A stretch of 32,000 bases of DNA from Candidatus Saccharimonadota bacterium. GTDB lineage: Bacteria; Patescibacteriota; Saccharimonadia; Saccharimonadales; Saccharimonadaceae. The notes beneath the pieces were generated by a model. It searched no databases and was not told the DNA's origin. It was given only the letters and a program-made list of their open reading frames with translations. Location of the stretch: positions 60,001 to 92,000 of the forward strand of contig JBDSDX010000001.1 in assembly GCA_039920285.1 (NCBI GenBank), given 5' to 3'. Made by a program: the position numbers and the translations under genes. This document shows, piece by piece, positions 31,235 through 32,000 of this stretch; the stretch's first letter is position 1, and the number at the start of each line of letters is the position of its first letter.

Positions 31235-31828
31235 TTATACGCTTTTACCGAAGTGTTCAGGGACAGGATCATCAAAACGGACTTCTTTGACATCAATAAC
31301 GCCACGTCCACCTAGTTCTGGATACTGAAGTTTGTAAGCACGATCTACCGAACCAAAGACGGCATCATCCCATGAAAAACCGAGTTCAGCAGAGACTTCT
31401 CGAACGCGGGCTTCACTTGGGCCCTCTACTTCGATGTATGTCTCAAGCCATGGCCACTCATCGAGAACTACTTCGACGTCACCAACGTTCCAGGTTTCAC
31501 GTTTTGATTCTTGGAATGTTCGGTAGTGTAGTCCGGCTTCACCGAAAATAGCAACCGCTTCGTCGAAATCACTGACGACAATTTCGCGTTCTTCAGCACC
31601 GGTAAGAGATTCGTTTTTGAACTCTTTAAACGTCACTGTTACCTGGTGACCTTCGTCACGAATTCGAATGAAGGCGTCGCGACCAGCTTTATTGATAAAG
31701 TCTGGTTCGATGAGCACTCGGCGCATCAGTCGCATCGGCTGGTCACAGACACCGCCGATCGCTTCGAGTTTTGTCCGAACATCATCGTGATCGACGTGGA
31801 GAAACTTAACCTCAATTTCAGTCTTCAT
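31235..31828 (-). CDS. CYTH-domain protein (class IV adenylate cyclase / triphosphatase family)
   Basis: 197 aa. N-terminal EIEVKF (ExExK signature), IRIRDEG, VVLDEWPWLETYIEVEG. SD AGAGGAG 6 nt before the ATG. Confidence 0.8.
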   Translation of the reverse strand: MKTEIEVKFLHVDHDDVRTKLEAIGGVCDQPMRLMRRVLIEPDFINKAGRDAFIRIRDEGHQVTVTFKEFKNESLTGAEEREIVVSDFDEAVAIFGEAGLHYRTFQESKRETWNVGDVEVVLDEWPWLETYIEVEGPSEARVREVSAELGFSWDDAVFGSVDRAYKLQYPELGGRGVIDVKEVRFDDPVPEHFGKSV

Positions 31829-31858
31829 GAGTAACTCCTCTATTCAAAGAGTTAGTTG

Positions 31859-32000
31859 TTATTTTGCACCAGAATTTACTTCGTAGCTGGTATTGGTCGC
31901 TTCAAAGAAATTAACCAACTGCAATGTATCGTTAGCGCCTGCCATCCACTTCGCAGGGTTCGAAACCTTGTAATGTGCTTCGAAACCGAGCTCTTCAAGA
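31859..32000 (-). CDS. 3' end of an unidentified CDS running in from the right window edge
   Basis: Not in the ORF track (no start in window). Reverse-strand frame reads ...LEELGFEAHYKVSNPAKWMAGANDTLQLVNFFEATNTSYEVNSGAK, with TAA at 31861..31859. I cannot recognise the function. Confidence 0.5.
   Translation of the reverse strand, partial: LEELGFEAHYKVSNPAKWMAGANDTLQLVNFFEATNTSYEVNSGAK

Noticed and set aside
31954-31970. tRNA T-arm-like sequence CAGGG-TTCGAAA-CCTTG (GGTTCGAA core)
   Set aside because: No complementary acceptor 5' strand and no D or anticodon arms can be built from the upstream 60 nt. The site lies inside a clean open reading frame (the 31859..32000 partial CDS). Judged coincidental.
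1-32000. Alternative genetic code (TGA = Gly or Trp, codes 25/4), considered as an explanation for the missing TGA stops.
   Set aside because: If TGA were a sense codon, conserved genes would contain in-frame TGAs and appear split in the standard-code ORF track. All are intact and of expected length, so reassignment is not supported in this window. Only absence or avoidance of TGA is.

Overview
Gene-dense (~95% coding) housekeeping stretch of a compact bacterial genome: 31 CDS, 25 on the minus strand. I found no rRNA, tRNA, CRISPR, transposase or integrase. Recognisable genes: rnj (partial), family-4 UDG, pnp, Nudix, rpsO, truB, a degenerate NrnA-like DHH protein, rpsT, holA, mutM, HAD hydrolase, polA, a P-loop nucleotide kinase, a PgeF(YfiH)-like/M15 peptidase fusion, rpoD, dnaG, YjbR/MmcQ, CapA-family, orn, msrB, mscL, argS, pyrG, zwf and CYTH. 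Gene order is Firmicutes/Terrabacteria-like (DHH-truB-rpsO-pnp, holA/rpsT, polA-mutM, dnaG-rpoD). With the tiny spacers and low-complexity tails on core proteins, this suggests a reduced-genome Patescibacteria (Saccharibacteria-like) organism, but that is inference only. Worth a second look: (1) 12 genes carry a -10 box, mostly TGn-extended, 6-9 nt upstream of the ATG, so they are probably leaderless mRNAs; 8 other genes have classic SDs. (2) 0 of 30 stop codons are TGA (20 TAA, 10 TAG), and no called gene has an in-frame TGA. (3) An orphan 913-aa TrbL/VirB6-like polytopic membrane protein with a 468-aa unknown C-terminal domain sits on the opposite strand inside the conserved truB-rpsO-pnp array, as does a Nudix + 311-aa orphan pair. 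(4) A PgeF-like/M15 metallopeptidase fusion is translationally coupled to a nucleotide kinase. (5) The DHH protein has lost its catalytic motifs and carries a 313-aa acidic/Pro-rich tail; the DnaG zinc ribbon has lost all four Zn ligands. (6) Three convergent gene pairs have physically overlapping stop codons (CTAA/TTAA).
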